Position numbers and translations under genes: made by a program
The notes under the pieces: generated by a model
What the model was told of the DNA's origin: nothing
The model's input: only the letters and a program-made list of their open reading frames with translations
Database searches by the model: none
Shown here: piece after piece, positions 13,071 to 26,976 of the stretch
How the letters are laid out: each line of letters opens with the position of its first letter
Numbering within the stretch: the stretch's first letter is position 1
Source of the DNA: Octopus vulgaris
Taxonomy: Eukaryota
Assembly (NCBI GenBank): GCA_951406725.2
Contig: OX597814.1
Span: forward strand, 27,776,001-27,840,000
Direction: 5' to 3'
DNA length: 64,000 bases

Positions 13071-13144
13071 ATATAAAATATTTAACGGCGGTGCATCAGC
13101 ATGACCGCAGCTCTGAGCTGAAACTAGAGAAATATATATATATA

Positions 13145-13313
13145 TATACAATAATATGTTACATTACTCAATAGTCAAGATAAAACTCTGAGTTTCTGAT
13201 GCCGAAGTGGGAATCCGAAGAGATAACCGAAGAGATGTCGTGGATTCCCACTTCGGCATCTGAAACTCAGAGTTTTATCTTGACTATTGAGTAATGTAAC
13301 ATATTATTGTATA
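13145..13313. repeat. Long inverted repeat: 72-bp arms (1 mismatch) with a 25-bp spacer, inside a (TA)n-flanked element
   Basis: 13145-13216 is the reverse complement of 13242-13313. Confidence 0.97.
13221..13280 (+). ncRNA. Hammerhead-ribozyme-like motif (type I, U4C core variant)
   Basis: AGATAA-CCGAAGA-GATGTCG[..]CGGCATC-T-GAAAC-TCAGA-GTT-TTATCT: 6-bp stem I, 7-bp stem II, short stem III, GUU site. Confidence 0.7.
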
Positions 13314-13378
13314 GATAAATTTCCTCTATTTACATAATATTGAGGTCTATTTCTTTCTTTTGTTATCTTACCGTTTTA

Positions 13379-13426
<48 letters not shown>

Positions 13427-13699
13427 TGAGGATGATGTCAACATCGAGGGAAAAGATAGTCACTCTTGAACTCATGACTGTCAGATCAGGTTAGATTCCG
13501 AAAGGTATGCCTTTTGTAATTCCAGAGCCAGGCATAAGCTGAAATGTACATTATACAAAACAGAGTGAAGCGTTTGAACTCTTAAAAGGCTAAGGAAAAT
13601 GCTGAATTTATCACATATCTATGGACGACTTTACGTATAGGGTCAAGAGAGGTCCAAAATATCATCAGGAAGTTATTAAGTTATTTACAGACATAATGC

Positions 13700-14022
13700 T
13701 GGCACAGCGTCGCTTACGACGATAAGGGTTCCAGTTGATCCGATCAATGGAACAGCCTGCTCGTGAAATTAACGTGCAAGTGGCTGAGTACTCCAGATGC
13801 ACATGTACTCTTAACATAGTTCTCAGGAAGATTCAGAGTAACACAGAAGGTGACAAGGCTGGTCCTTTGAATTACAGGTACAACTCCTTTTTGCCAACTG
13901 AGTGGAATGGAGTAACGTAGGATAACATGCCTTGATCAAGGACAAGGCACCGCCACGAATCGAACTCACAACCTTACGATCATGAACCGAATACTCCTCA
14001 CCACTAAACTACGCGTCTTCAC
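13700..14022 (-). mobile_element. tRNA-SINE with a different head and centre but the family C type-1 tail
   Basis: Tail ...CACGAGCAGGCTGTTCCATTGATCGGATCAACTGGAACCC shared with the 6612 and 51091 copies; the head region differs. Confidence 0.75.
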
Positions 14023-14339
14023 AGACATAATAATGTCGCTAAAACAGTACATATACTGTCATCTAGAGGAAGAATTACCCTAGCATAAATATAACGAATA
14101 TAGCAAAGGAGGCCATCTAATTTACATTCTGTAGAGACAAACTGTAAGCGGAACTGTAAAAATATGTGAAATCTTTCGAAAATTCAACTAATTTTGCTTG
14201 TGTTTTTGTCTAAATACAAATTGTGGACTATTGTTTTCTAGTCAGCCACTTTCAATAGAAATATTTCAAAGAAAGCGTGTGTTTGTGTGTGTGTGTGTTT
14301 GTATTTGCGTGTGTGTATGTGTGTGCATGCCTGCGTTTA

Positions 14340-14401
<62 letters not shown>

Positions 14402-14512
14402 TGTGTGTGTGTGTGTGTGTGAGCGTTTGCTGCACTTTACAATAAAATATACCAACAAATTTAAGCCAGCACTTTATACACAGAAAGATGTAAACAGCTT
14501 ATCTTTATATAT

Positions 14513-14925
14513 AGGCGCAGGAATGGCTGTGAGGTAAGTTGCTTGCTTACCAGCCACATGGTTCCGGGTTCATTCCCACTGCGTGGCACCTTGGACGAGT
14601 GTCTTCTACTATAGCCTATAGCCGACCAAAGCCTTGTGAGTGGATTTGGTAGACGGAAACTGAAAGAAGTCCGTCGTATATATGTACATATATATATGTA
14701 TGTGTGTGTATATGTTTGTTTGTCTGTGCTTTTCCCCCCAACATCGCTTGACAACCGATGCTGGTGTGTTTACGTCCACGTAACTTAGTGGTTCAGCAAA
14801 AGAGACCGATAGAATAAGTACTAGGCTTACAAAGAATAAGTCCTGCGGTCGATTTGCTCGACTAAAAGGCGGTGCTCCAGCATGGCCGCAGTCAAATGAC
14901 TGAAACAAGTAAAAGAGTAAAAGAG
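14513..14925 (+). mobile_element. Full-length SINE family A
   Basis: Complete head-core-microsatellite-tail structure. Confidence 0.95.
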
Positions 14926-16259
14926 AATATATTGTCTTCGTGGAAAGGAAAAAAGGCGTCAGCCGGGCTCGTTTCCATCCTATAGGTTTCAACGGCGGTT
15001 GAGCGCCTTCTTTAACTATCCACACAGAGACACTGATTAATAAATCAACATTAGTAAATTGAACGGACCAATTTGCATATAAATATAACACCTTTTTGGT
15101 TGCTAGTCCCATTAATAAATTACTATGCAGTAACCAATGTCGCGTGGGTGCCAGATGCGTTAGTTTTTCTCTACTTCTCAATCAATGAGGGAAGTAACAG
15201 GAATACAATTAAAATTTAAATATATTCAACTGAAACTTAAAAAATCTAGGCTTCTTTGTAAGTAAGCAATAGCCTCATTTCTGAATATTCGATGCTGAAT
15301 ATTCAAATATCTCTTCTCGCTTACTTTGCATATTCAAATCGATAACTTTGAATGAATTTATTATACAAAAATCAATGACAAAGAACTGTTGTGTGATGAT
15401 TCTCAGCAGAAGTGTCAAGTTATAAATTATTACTGTGACTATAGATTCTAAAAACTAACTTAGGAAGAAATATTCATTAAAGTACATATCAACGCCTCGA
15501 GTGAGTTTTATCAATATTTCCTATCAACTTTGCAATACGAAACAAACTCAATACTTCGATCTGTTCGACTATCTCGTTCGTGGTTCGTGTGGCAAGAAGT
15601 TTATTTCCCAACCAAATAGTTTCGATTTAAGTTCCTCTACGAGACACCTTGGACAGATGTCTTCTACTATTGCCTCAGGCCGAACAAAGGCTTGTGAGTC
15701 AATTTGGTAGACGGAAACTGAAAGACGCCAATCACGCACACATGTATGTATGTATGTATGTATGTATGTATGTATGTGTGTTTGTGTCAGTGTTTGTTCC
15801 CACCCCCATCACCGCTTGACAATCAGTGTGGGCGTTTATATATATATATATATAATATATACATATTATATATATATTATATATATATATTATATATATT
15901 ATATATACAACATTACACATCACATCACATCACACAACCCACACACCCATCCCCACATCTTCACACCTACACATACATACACATATCACATCACAACACA
16001 CCACCCACACACCCATCCCCACATCTCCACACCTACACATACACACACACACACGTCCAGACCACCAGCCCTCTTTCACACGCACATACATACTCTCTTA
16101 TACACACACGCACCTTTGTGTTGGGGGGGTCCTTCGTATTGGAGGTCATCTTGACCTTGTTATCTCCCCTACTTCCCCTCTCCCGTCTGACCATTCTGTC
16201 CGAAGTCAGACGCTATGATAGATCGTTAGCTACTACACACATTGTTTTTTTTCTGTGTA

Positions 16260-16297
16260 TCTTTCTGTAGAAGAGCGTAGGCTCGAAACATAAAAGA
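16260..16297 (+). ncRNA. Minimal hammerhead-like motif (degenerate)
   Basis: TCTTT-CTGTAGA-A-GAGC-GTAG-GCTC-GAAAC-ATA-AAAGA, with A6U in the core and ATA at the cleavage triplet. Confidence 0.6.
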
Positions 16298-16394
16298 CTT
16301 TTTCTATTCCTGAGCGCTATACTAATACATCTATTTGTTTGTACACCACCTGCTTTCGTCTTTTGTTTATTTTCGTAAACTTTCCCTTTATATA

Positions 16395-16601
16395 CTCTCT
16401 TTTACTTGTTTCAGTCATTTGACTGCGGCCATGTTGGAGCACCGCATTTAGTCGGGCAACTCGACCCCGGGACTTATTCTTTGTAAGCCCAGTACTTATT
16501 CTATCGGTCTCGTTTGCCGAACCGCTAAGTGACGGGGACATAAACACACCAGCATCGGTTGTCAAGCAATGCTAGGGGGACAAACACAGACATACAAACA
16601 C

Positions 16602-16690
<89 letters not shown>

Positions 16691-16851
16691 TACGACGGGC
16701 TTCTTTCAGTTTCCGTCTACCAAATCCACTCACAAGACTTTGGTCAGCCCGAGGCTATAGTAGAAGACACTCGCCCAAGGTGCCACGCAGTAGGACTGAA
16801 CCCGGAACCATGTGGTTGGTAAGCAAGCAACTTACCACACTGCCACTCCTG
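16395..16851 (-). mobile_element. SINE family A
   Basis: Reverse-complement match to the consensus. Confidence 0.92.
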
Positions 16852-17451
16852 TGAAAATGGCGGACGTTGTTTCACAAGCAGTGGTGCAGACAAAAATGTT
16901 AGTAAATGTGGTCGGATTGACCTGAAGATTTGCACGCCTATGTTAAAAGTGCTGGGAAGTTTGCATGGCAACTTTGAGTTTGTTCAGTTGAAAGGCGTGG
17001 CCTCTAGGGCAAAATTCCTCATCTTTAAAATGTGGCCCGAGTAGACCCGAGTAGTATTATAACCGAATGAAATCGGGTTTCAAAATACACCAGCCAAGAT
17101 AAGTTAATTTGTCTGAAGTCGTAAGACTCCCGCTGTCCTGTTATTACTATTCTTGTTTTTTATTTTTATTTTTATTTTTGTTTCTTGTATTTATATTCGT
17201 GTGGCATCGTCCGTTTTTCTGTCATTGTTTCGTATACATTCGATCCTTTTTCCAAGAAATCTAATGCTCGGAGCTTAGTTTTTCCTTGGGGCTGGCCGGA
17301 TCGGAGCGATCTCAGGATTAATCAGCCGAAATTGCTAAGATGATCCGGTTCCTGACTGAAGATTAGAGGCTTCAAATGACCTGTCTGTTTTTTTGTGTCG
17401 TCTCTTTGTGTAGTTTGCGTTCTTGTCCCCTTCTGTACATTTTATATATAA

Positions 17452-17528
<77 letters not shown>

Positions 17529-17529
17529 A

Positions 17530-17827
17530 TGTGACCACCACGTGACCGACCAGGCTATCAAATGTTGCTACACGTCGCTGGTCACAATGCGCTTCGCATT
17601 GTTTTAGCCTTCAAATGACGCCGCCCCGCTGGCTAAGCGAGCAGCCCAACAGAAGAAAGAGTGTGAGAAAGTTGTGGCGTTAGAGTACAGCAGGGATCGC
17701 CACCACCCCCTGCCGGAGCCTCGTGGAGCTTTAGGTGTTTTCGCTCAATAAACACTCACAACACCCAGTCTACGATCCTACAACTGCAAGTCCGCTGCCC
17801 TGACCAGTGGGCCATTGCGCCTCCACG
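17530..17827 (-). mobile_element. SINE family C, tail type 3
   Basis: Family C head and centre followed by ...GCGCATTGTGACCAGCGACGTGTAGCAACATTTGATAGCCTGGTCGGTCAC. Confidence 0.88.
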
Positions 17828-18247
17828 TATATGTATATATCTATACATACATGCATATGCATATGCCAAATATATACACGTATATACATACTACTACATA
17901 CATATGGTTTCATATTTTGGCACAACACCAGCAAATTTTAGAGCTGGGATAAATCGATTGTATTGACCTCGATTTTTGACTGATACTTCAAAGTTGACCC
18001 CGGTGACATTTGAACTCCGAACGTAAAGACGGTCGAAATGCCGCCAGGCATTTTGTTCGACACTCTAACAATTCTGCCAGCTCGTTGCCTTAACAACTAG
18101 ACGCACACACACATACAAACATACAGACACATATAGTATATACGCATATATGTATGCACATAGACTATATGTATATACAACTACGTATTCGCATATATAT
18201 ACATGTGTATATACATGTTAATACAGATATTACTACTACTACTATTA

Positions 18248-18338
<91 letters not shown>

Positions 18339-19086
18339 ATTAAATTGTCGTGAATCTATATCAATGGCTCGCGGGCATTGAATTTCGTAACATTGCACTT
18401 ATCTAACAGAATAAGATTTGAATAAGTTATATACGTATTCACACGTGCTTCAGCTTGCGTGTGTGTGTACTTGTGTGTGTATGTGTGTGTGTGTATGGGT
18501 GTCTATGTTTCGCGCGCACCGCGTGTGTATGTGCGTGTGTGTGTGTGCGTACATGCATAAACACGTATATAATTTATAAATGCATTACATGCACATTTTA
18601 AATTTGCTTATTAAATTTGTTCGAAGCCAAGGAATCACCCCAGAGTTACTTCTATTCTCTGCCTTGTAATTTTTTTTTTTTTTTTTGTTCTTGCTGCCAT
18701 TGTGAGATATAACCAGGAAGCTTCTTCACAAACACACTCACTGAACAAATGTATCTTTGCAGATGTAAGGCGAATTTCAGATGGAAGCGGAGGTTTATTT
18801 TGATACTGCATAAAATATCAATCAAACATTGATAAAACTCAGTCGAGGTGTTAATAAAATGTACTTTAGTGAATGATTCTTGCTAGGCTAGTTATTTTTT
18901 TTTTTTTTTAATGTAGATTATTTATGTATAGTTATTGTTTTATGACTTGTAACATTTGCTGAGAATGTTCATGCGATTCACATTTCTCATTGATTTTTGT
19001 AAAATAAATTCGTTCAAAATTATTGGTTAGGATGAGTGAAGTGAACGAGAATAGCTACTTGTGTATTCAATATTCGTGTATTCATA

Positions 19087-19850
19087 AGGCGGCGAGGGCG
19101 AAATGCGTAGCCGTATTTCGTTTGCCGCTACGTTCTGAGTTCAATTTCCGCCGAATTTGACTTTGCCTTTCATCCTTTCGGGGTCGATAAATTAAGTACC
19201 AGTTACGCACTGGGGTCGATGTAATCGACTTAATCCGTTTGTCTGTCCTTGTTTGTCTGTCCTTGTTTGTCTGTCCTTGTTTGTCCTCTCTGTGTTTAGC
19301 CCCTTGTGGGTAGTAAAGAAATAGGTATTTCCTCTGCCGTTACGTTCTGAGTTCAAATTCCGCCGAGGTTCGACTTTGCCTTTTATCCTTTCGGGGTCGA
19401 TTAAATAAGTACCAGTTACGCACTGGGGTCGATGTAATCGACTTAATCCGTTTGTCTGTCCTTGTTTGTCCCCTCTGTGTGTAGCCCCTTGTGGGTAGTA
19501 AAGAAATAGGTATTTCCTCTGCCGTTACGTTCTGAGTTCAAATTCCGCCGAGGTCGACTTTGCCTTTCATCCTTTCGGGGTCGATTAAATAAGTACCAGT
19601 TACGCACTGGGGTCGATATAATCGACTTAATCCGTTTGTCTGTCCTTTCAGTGTTTAGCCCCTTGTGGGTAGTAAAGAAATAGGGATTTCGTCTGTCTTT
19701 ATGTTCTGAGTTCAAATTCCGTCGAGGTCAACTTTACCTTTCATCCTTTCGGAGGCGATAAATCAAGTACTAATTGCATACTGGTGTCGTTCTAATCGAC
19801 ACCAGTCTATTCCAAAATTTCGGGTCTTGTTCCTCGAGTAGAAAAGAGTT
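19087..19850 (+). repeat. Tandem multimer of SINE B (about 4 units, about 183-bp period)
   Basis: Units joined at ...GTAAAGAAATAG|GTATTTC... Confidence 0.93.
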
Positions 19851-19879
19851 TTCGAGTATTCAGAAATTGAACTATTGCT

Positions 19880-20465
19880 TACTCTTTTACTCTTTTACTC
19901 TTTTACTCGTTTCAGTCAGTTGACTGCGGCCATGCTGGAGCACCGCCTTTAGTCGAGCAACTCGACCCCGCGACTTATTCTTTGTAAGCCCAGTACTTAT
20001 TCTATCGGTCTCTTTTTGCCGAACCGCTAAGTGACGGGGAGCTTGCTTGCTTGCTTTTTTTTTTTTTATCTCAGCGTTTACTTGTTTCAGTCATTGGAAT
20101 GCGGCCATGCTGGGATAACACTTTGAAGAGTTCAGTCGGACAAACCGACTCCTAGTACAATATTTGTTAAAAGTCCGGTACATATTCCATCAATCTCTTT
20201 TGCTAAGATACGAGGACTTAAACAAACCAACAGCGGATGTTAACTAGTAGCGGGAGTGGGGTGACGGCGGTGGTTGTGAACAAACGCAAACACAAAGACA
20301 TTCACTCATAGAACGGGTTCCTGTAAATTTTTGTCTACCATATTCACTCACAATGCATTCGTCAGCCCGAGGTTATTGTGGAAGTCACTTGCCCAAGGTG
20401 CTGTGCAGTGGAACTGAACCCGAAACTACGTGGTTTCAAAGTGAGCTTCTCAACCACACAACTAT
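19880..20465 (-). mobile_element. Two SINE family A pieces (a young 3' half and an old full copy)
   Basis: Reverse-complement matches to the tail and head. Confidence 0.8.
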
Positions 20466-20670
20466 ACCTTACAAAGGATTCTAGATTTTGAATTTTTCAG
20501 ATATTTGAATATTCATTGAATTCTTGTTCCTCCTGCCGTTAACTTAGGGGGGCCAGAGGACAGAAAACGCATCTGACAACGACTAATCGCTGGCTGCTAC
20601 ATTCTTTCTTTTCTTTTATTTGTTTCAGTCATTTGACTGGTGCATTTCTTTGGTTTGTATTATTCGATAT

Positions 20671-20734
<64 letters not shown>

Positions 20735-20883
20735 GCGTGGGTGTATTTGAGGTAGGAGATTATGGGTGGGTGAGAGTTATTTTGTTAGTGCCATATTTAC
20801 TCTCTTTCTATGCATGACAGAGAGATAGATTAAATTTGAGCATTGGTGACAATAATACATTCACCTAGTTTATAAATATATTT

Positions 20884-21617
20884 ATACGAGAAGTCAAGAA
20901 TTATCCGCATTTTCGACAAAACCTTCTTTAGGTTAGCTGCACAGCGATGGCGCACTAAAAGGCGGTACTCACGAGGTTACGTAAAAGAGGTTTGACGTTG
21001 ATTGCTCCATTTTTCTTTTCTTGTGTTACTGAGTAAGTGTGGCTACACCACTGGCAGTGAGCACCAAGGAAGAACGGAGATTTTTCTGTTCTGATGGTGT
21101 GTCAGGAACTAAAATTCATTGCAGATGTTCACTACAATACGTGGACAGCGCTCAACGGCTTAGAAGTGTGTATAAATGGAACAAAAAGTTTTAAAATGGC
21201 TGGACGAGTGTAAAGCACAAAGTGTGAGCACCAACCCCTCCCCACTACTACTATCGTAAAAATTCAAGACTCGAGGGACCGTTGAAACCATAGAAAAATT
21301 GGGTTTCAAGTTGCTGGAACAATATGCGTACAGTCCAGATCCTGACCCTTCCGACTATCACTTCTTTGGACCACTCAGACATCCTTTACGAGGTCGTCGA
21401 CTTGCTACGGGCGAAGAAGCGCCGGAAGCGGTGCATAAATGGCTATGCGAGCAACCGGAAAACCTCTCCGATGGAATAAGCAAGTTTGTGCACCGCCAAA
21501 AGAAATGCATCAAAAATCAAAGAGGCTGTAGCGAAAATGATGTAATTGTTCAACCGCTGCTTTTGTTTCACCAAATTACAGAAACAAGAGTGCGTATAAT
21601 TTTTGACTTACTCTAGT
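20884..21617 (+). mobile_element. Internally deleted mariner element
   Basis: TIR-like ends TACGAG..AAGTCAAGAATTATCCGCA and TGCGTATAATTTTTGACTTACTCTAGTA. ORF 21299-21616 contains YSPDPDPSDYHFFGPL, matching the mariner YSPDLAPSDYHLF motif. Confidence 0.88.
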
Positions 21618-21902
21618 AGTTCCTCACTTTGTAGCACAATTCCCATGATACTCTGCGACCTCTCGTAAAATGCGCAATCAACACGCTATTTTTGTCATTA
21701 CGTCATTACTAGTCATAAAGGACTAATAAGGAAATATGGAAAATTCCTAAAAAAGAAGTAAAAAAAAGTTTTAAAAAAATACTCTAACATAGACTTGTAT
21801 TTTATATAACCTGTTTGAAAGAAAACCTGTTATCTATTTAAACATTATACACACACATATGTATGTTTACATATATATATATATGCATATATATATATAT
21901 GC

Positions 21903-21936
<34 letters not shown>

Positions 21937-22329
21937 ATACACAGTATATGTGTGTGTGCGTGTGGGTGTTCGTGTGGGTTTGTGTGTGTGTATGCATATA
22001 TATATTTATTTATACATATGTATATATCTGTCTATCTACATACATATATACATAATTAAATACATGCATAAATATATATACTCGCACACATTTCCTATAC
22101 GCAAGCACACCCATATTCATGTGGTTGGTATGGGTGAATGCGTATATGTGTGTGTGTATATAATATATTATGTATATATGTGTGTTTGTATTATATATAT
22201 ATATATAAATTTCTCTCTCTCTCTCTTTATATGTATATATATATATATATATATACTTATACATACATGTAAATACGCACATATTATTTAGAGATCGACC
22301 ATTTACACTTTTATACGCAGTTAGCAAAA

Positions 22330-22356
22330 TAGACAGACAGACAGGCAGACAGACAA

Positions 22357-22397
<41 letters not shown>

Positions 22398-22430
22398 TAG
22401 ATAGATAGATAGACAGTCAGACAGACAGAC

Positions 22431-22521
<91 letters not shown>

Positions 22522-22530
22522 CAGATAGAC

Positions 22531-22610
<80 letters not shown>

Positions 22611-22625
22611 TGATAGATAGATAGA
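22330..22625. repeat. (CAGA)n/(TAGA)n microsatellite
   Basis: Direct reading. Confidence 0.98.
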
Positions 22626-23184
22626 GAGGGAGGAAGTGAGATGATTGAGGAAGTGAAAGTTTGCGATCATGTTTTCTTTTCATCGATCTGTCACCCTATG
22701 ATTGATCCCTTCCTGTGCTATAATACAAGCTCTTCATATTCTCCTCTATAAATCCGTCAATATTTGTTTTTCACACGCGGTATAATGAATTGAGTCAAGT
22801 TCCTTCAATCACTGATACCCGTGAATGGCTAATTATCATCGCTTTAAGAAGTGAAACCTATTGACAATGTGTATGCTTTTTTCCCACGCTAATCGTCGTT
22901 ATTTTCCTTGATTAATTCCAGATCCGCCCCTATTCTCACGTTAATTATTAACGAGATCGAGGAGCTGGAAAAGTCTTTAGCACACTGGATAAAATGCTAA
23001 CTGACAGTTTTTTTTTTTTCGGTCTTACGTTCTGAGCTCAAATACAACTGAGGTCGACTTGGATTTTTTTCATTCTTTCAGGGTCGGTAAAATAAATACC
23101 AGGTGAGTACTGGCGGTCAATATAATAAACTAACAACCTCACCTCAAAATTGCTGACCTTCTCTCAAAAAATTAGGAAGAATAT

Positions 23185-23319
23185 TGCTTACGAACCACAT
23201 GGTTCCGGGTTCAGTCCCACTGCGTGGCACCTTGGGCAAGAGTCTTCTACTATAGCCTCGGGTTTACCAAAGCGTTGCGAGTGGATTTGGTAGACAGCAA
23301 CTGAAGGAAGCCTGTCTTA

Positions 23320-23384
<65 letters not shown>

Positions 23385-23610
23385 ATGTGTATGTATGTTT
23401 GTGTGTCCGTATTTGTCCCCCCAACATCGTTTGACAACCGATGCTGGTGTATTTACGTCCCCGTAACTTAGCGGTTCGGCAAAAGAGACCGATAGAATAA
23501 ATACTAGGCTTACAAAGAATAAGTCCTGGGGTCGATTTGCTCGACTAAAAAGGCGGTGCTCCAGCATGGCCACATTCAAATGAATGAAACAAGTAAAAGA
23601 GTAAAGAGTA
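23185..23610 (+). mobile_element. SINE family A (5'-truncated), directly after a diverged SINE B (22960-23180)
   Basis: Consensus matches. Confidence 0.9.
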
Positions 23611-24350
23611 AGAATTATTAACGAAACTTGAGTGAAGTGATTCTTCCTGTAACTGGACGAGGATACATAAGGAAATATTTTCATCACTAATCGCTAATAA
23701 TAATTCTTTATGAAAAAGAAGAAAGAAAAAAAGAAAATCAAAACAAAAAACAAAATGAAACAAAACGAAGATCACTCATCATGTATTGAGGGGAATTTGA
23801 TCTTGTATATCATTTACCAAGATTTTAATATTTTGAAAAAAAAATCACGTCCCAGATTCTGGACAATTATCAAAATTCTTTAACTTCTGACTCTCAGATA
23901 AAAAAGGATATAATGAATAACCCTTGCCCAAATCTTTCTTAACTACTCTTGAAGACAAGGTAAACTGTTTACAGCTGGAAAGCTTTTGATCCTGGGGCTA
24001 CATGATCAGAGCCGAATAACAACAACAACAACACCCCGTGAGACGTTGCAAGGCCAAGAAAAAGCATGCCGTCGTATTTACACGATAATTTGGTTATGCA
24101 TTAGATTAAAGACAGAATGAAAATTGAAATGTAGTTACCAAACTCTCTTACGTTGTTGGTCTGTATGATTATGTTCTGCAGTTGTTGATGGCAGATACAG
24201 AGGTTAGAAGGCGCCTAAACAAGAAGCAACTATCTGCGAGAATAAAATACAGATCCTTATTACATAGTTTCCCAAACAAGCAAAATTGTGAAGTTATGTA
24301 TGTGGGTAGTTGTAAGTATAACGGGTCACAGGTAGTCTAGTCTAGTCTAG

Positions 24351-24393
<43 letters not shown>

Positions 24394-24549
24394 ATGCAAT
24401 ACGAGAGTATTGCTTTCCAGTAAAGAATAGCCCGTGAGGGAAAATTATACATAGAAGTAAATATATGGCAAAACGAAGTAAATATCGGTACTTCGTTGTG
24501 CCATATATTTACTTCTATATATATATATATATATACACGCACGCACACG

Positions 24550-24594
<45 letters not shown>

Positions 24595-24595
24595 A

Positions 24596-24670
<75 letters not shown>

Positions 24671-25039
24671 CTTCTATTTCTTTTGCTTCAATCACTGAAT
24701 TGCAGTCATGCTATGGTTCCTTGAAGGGTTTTGTCGGATACATCTTCTCCAGTACTTTTTTTTTTTTTAGAAGTCTCATGCAAATGCTCTCGGTGTCTTT
24801 TGGCAAGCCACTAACTTACTGGCACGTAAACAAACAAACACTGGTCGCGTGTTTAGGATTTTTATATAATAGTAATTAACTCCGCTTTCAAAGGGATGCA
24901 CTCGAATTCATAGAATGATGCTGCATCGCGATGTATTTTGCTCTGCATCTCGAGAACATGCCTGTATTTAGAGATAGCACTTAGAAAATGTTTACTAGTT
25001 GTACACTCCGGCTTATATATAGTTGTATAGATACATACA

Positions 25040-25470
25040 GGTTTCAAATTTTGGCACAAGGCCAGCAATTTCTAGGGAGTGTTAAGCTGATAACTGATAG
25101 TTATTTTATCCACCCAGAAAGGATGAAAGACAAAGTCGTCCTCTCCGGAATTCGAACCCAGGACGTAAAAACAGACGAAATGCCGCTAAGCATTTTGCCC
25201 GGCGTGCCATCTCACCAGCTCGCCGCCTTATCCCATAGATTACACATTGGTTTAAAATTTTAGCACAAGGTCAGTAATTTCGGGGAAGCAGGTAAGTCGA
25301 TTAATTTGACCCCAGTGCGATACTGGTACTTATTATATCGAGTCTGAAAGGATGGAAGGCAATCGACCTCCGCGGAATTTGAAACTCAGAACGTAAAGAC
25401 AGACGAAAAGCCGCTAAGTGTTTGGCTTAATTTTGCCCGGTGTGCGAACGATTGTACCAGATCGCCAACT
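25040..25470 (-). mobile_element. Two adjacent diverged SINE B copies
   Basis: Reverse-complement matches at 25040-25230 and 25245-25470. Confidence 0.82.
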
Positions 25471-25869
25471 TGTACCATAGATACATATTAATAACTAAGT
25501 GTTGGTGCCTTATTACCAAGAAACAAAAATTTAGACAAGTCATTAGAAGGAATAATTAGAGGTAGAGAGAATTTATATCTGAATGTGATCCAATTTCACA
25601 CCGTAGAACCAGGTGTATAAAATGGAGTAAAGTCCATTTCGTCTTCCTTTCTCGTTAAAGGTACACGAGTGATTGGCATTTATTTTGACCTCCATGGGTA
25701 GATCTAACTCGTGCACCAAAAATAAATAGCAATCACTCGATTGTATGTATGTTAATTTGTATGTATATATGAATGTATATCAAATAAACCTAATCGCATG
25801 GAATATTTCTGAAACGACATGTCAATAGTGAAACGAGTCTGCAATTCGTAAGATATTGTTCTTGAAAGA

Positions 25870-26312
25870 TTGTATGTATGTATGTATATATGTATGCATG
25901 TATGTATGTATGTATGTATGTATGTATGTATGTATGTATGTATGTATGTATACGTATGTATGTATGTATACGTATATATGCATGTATGTATGTATGTATG
26001 TTTCTATGTATGTATGTATGTATACGTATGTATGTATGTATGTATACGTATGTATGCATGTATGTATGTATGTATGCATGTATGTATGTATGTATTATGT
26101 ATGTATGTATGTATGTATGCATGTATGTATGTATGTATGTATTATGTATGTATGTATGCATGTATGTATGTATGTATGTATGTATGTATGTATGTATGCA
26201 TGTATGTATGCATGTATGTATGTATGTATGTATGTATGTATGTATGTATGTATGTATGTATGTATGTATGTATGTATGTATGTATGTATGTATGTATACA
26301 TGCATGTATACA

Positions 26313-26401
<89 letters not shown>

Positions 26402-26538
26402 ATGTGATAGCAAGGGAGAGCGAGACTGAGTACCACAATCTCACGCGCGCGTGTGCATATATAAGCATGGGACTATGTGGTTCGTGTGAGCGTTTATTTA
26501 CGTTCGCGTGCAAGACATTGTATACGCACACACACACT

Positions 26539-26603
<65 letters not shown>

Positions 26604-26620
26604 ACACGCACACACACAGG
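25870..26620. repeat. Large compound microsatellite (TATG)n-(TACA)n-(TA)n-(TG)n ... (CA)n
   Basis: Direct reading. Confidence 0.98.
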
Positions 26621-26917
26621 TCTTTGATATTTGATTGCATGTTCGTTTAAATTACTGTTTTCCATAACTTTCTGTTTTGTTTTTTTTTCGATTCTGATTG
26701 ATAAAGATACTGTTATATAACTTCATATTTCATGTTGAAATTTTAAAATCCGAGAAACACATCTGAGGATAATTGAAAAACGAATCAATCACTCACACAC
26801 ATTTCGACAATAAGCTAATACATAGATATTATTGTATTTCTAGTCTTTCTGTTTCACTTATTCACACTCTTTCTACCACCCCTTACATCAGCAAGAACAA
26901 CGACGACGATGACGACG

Positions 26918-26976
<59 letters not shown>

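Noticed and set aside
13424-13460. CTGAGGA-T-GATG-TCAA-CATC-GAGG possible hammerhead
   Set aside because: Stem II is present, but GAAA, the cleavage triplet and stem I are missing. At most a decayed relic.
25790-26634. Long MYVC/HTYI ORFs (also at 34237-34798 and elsewhere)
   Set aside because: Translations of (TATG)n microsatellites.
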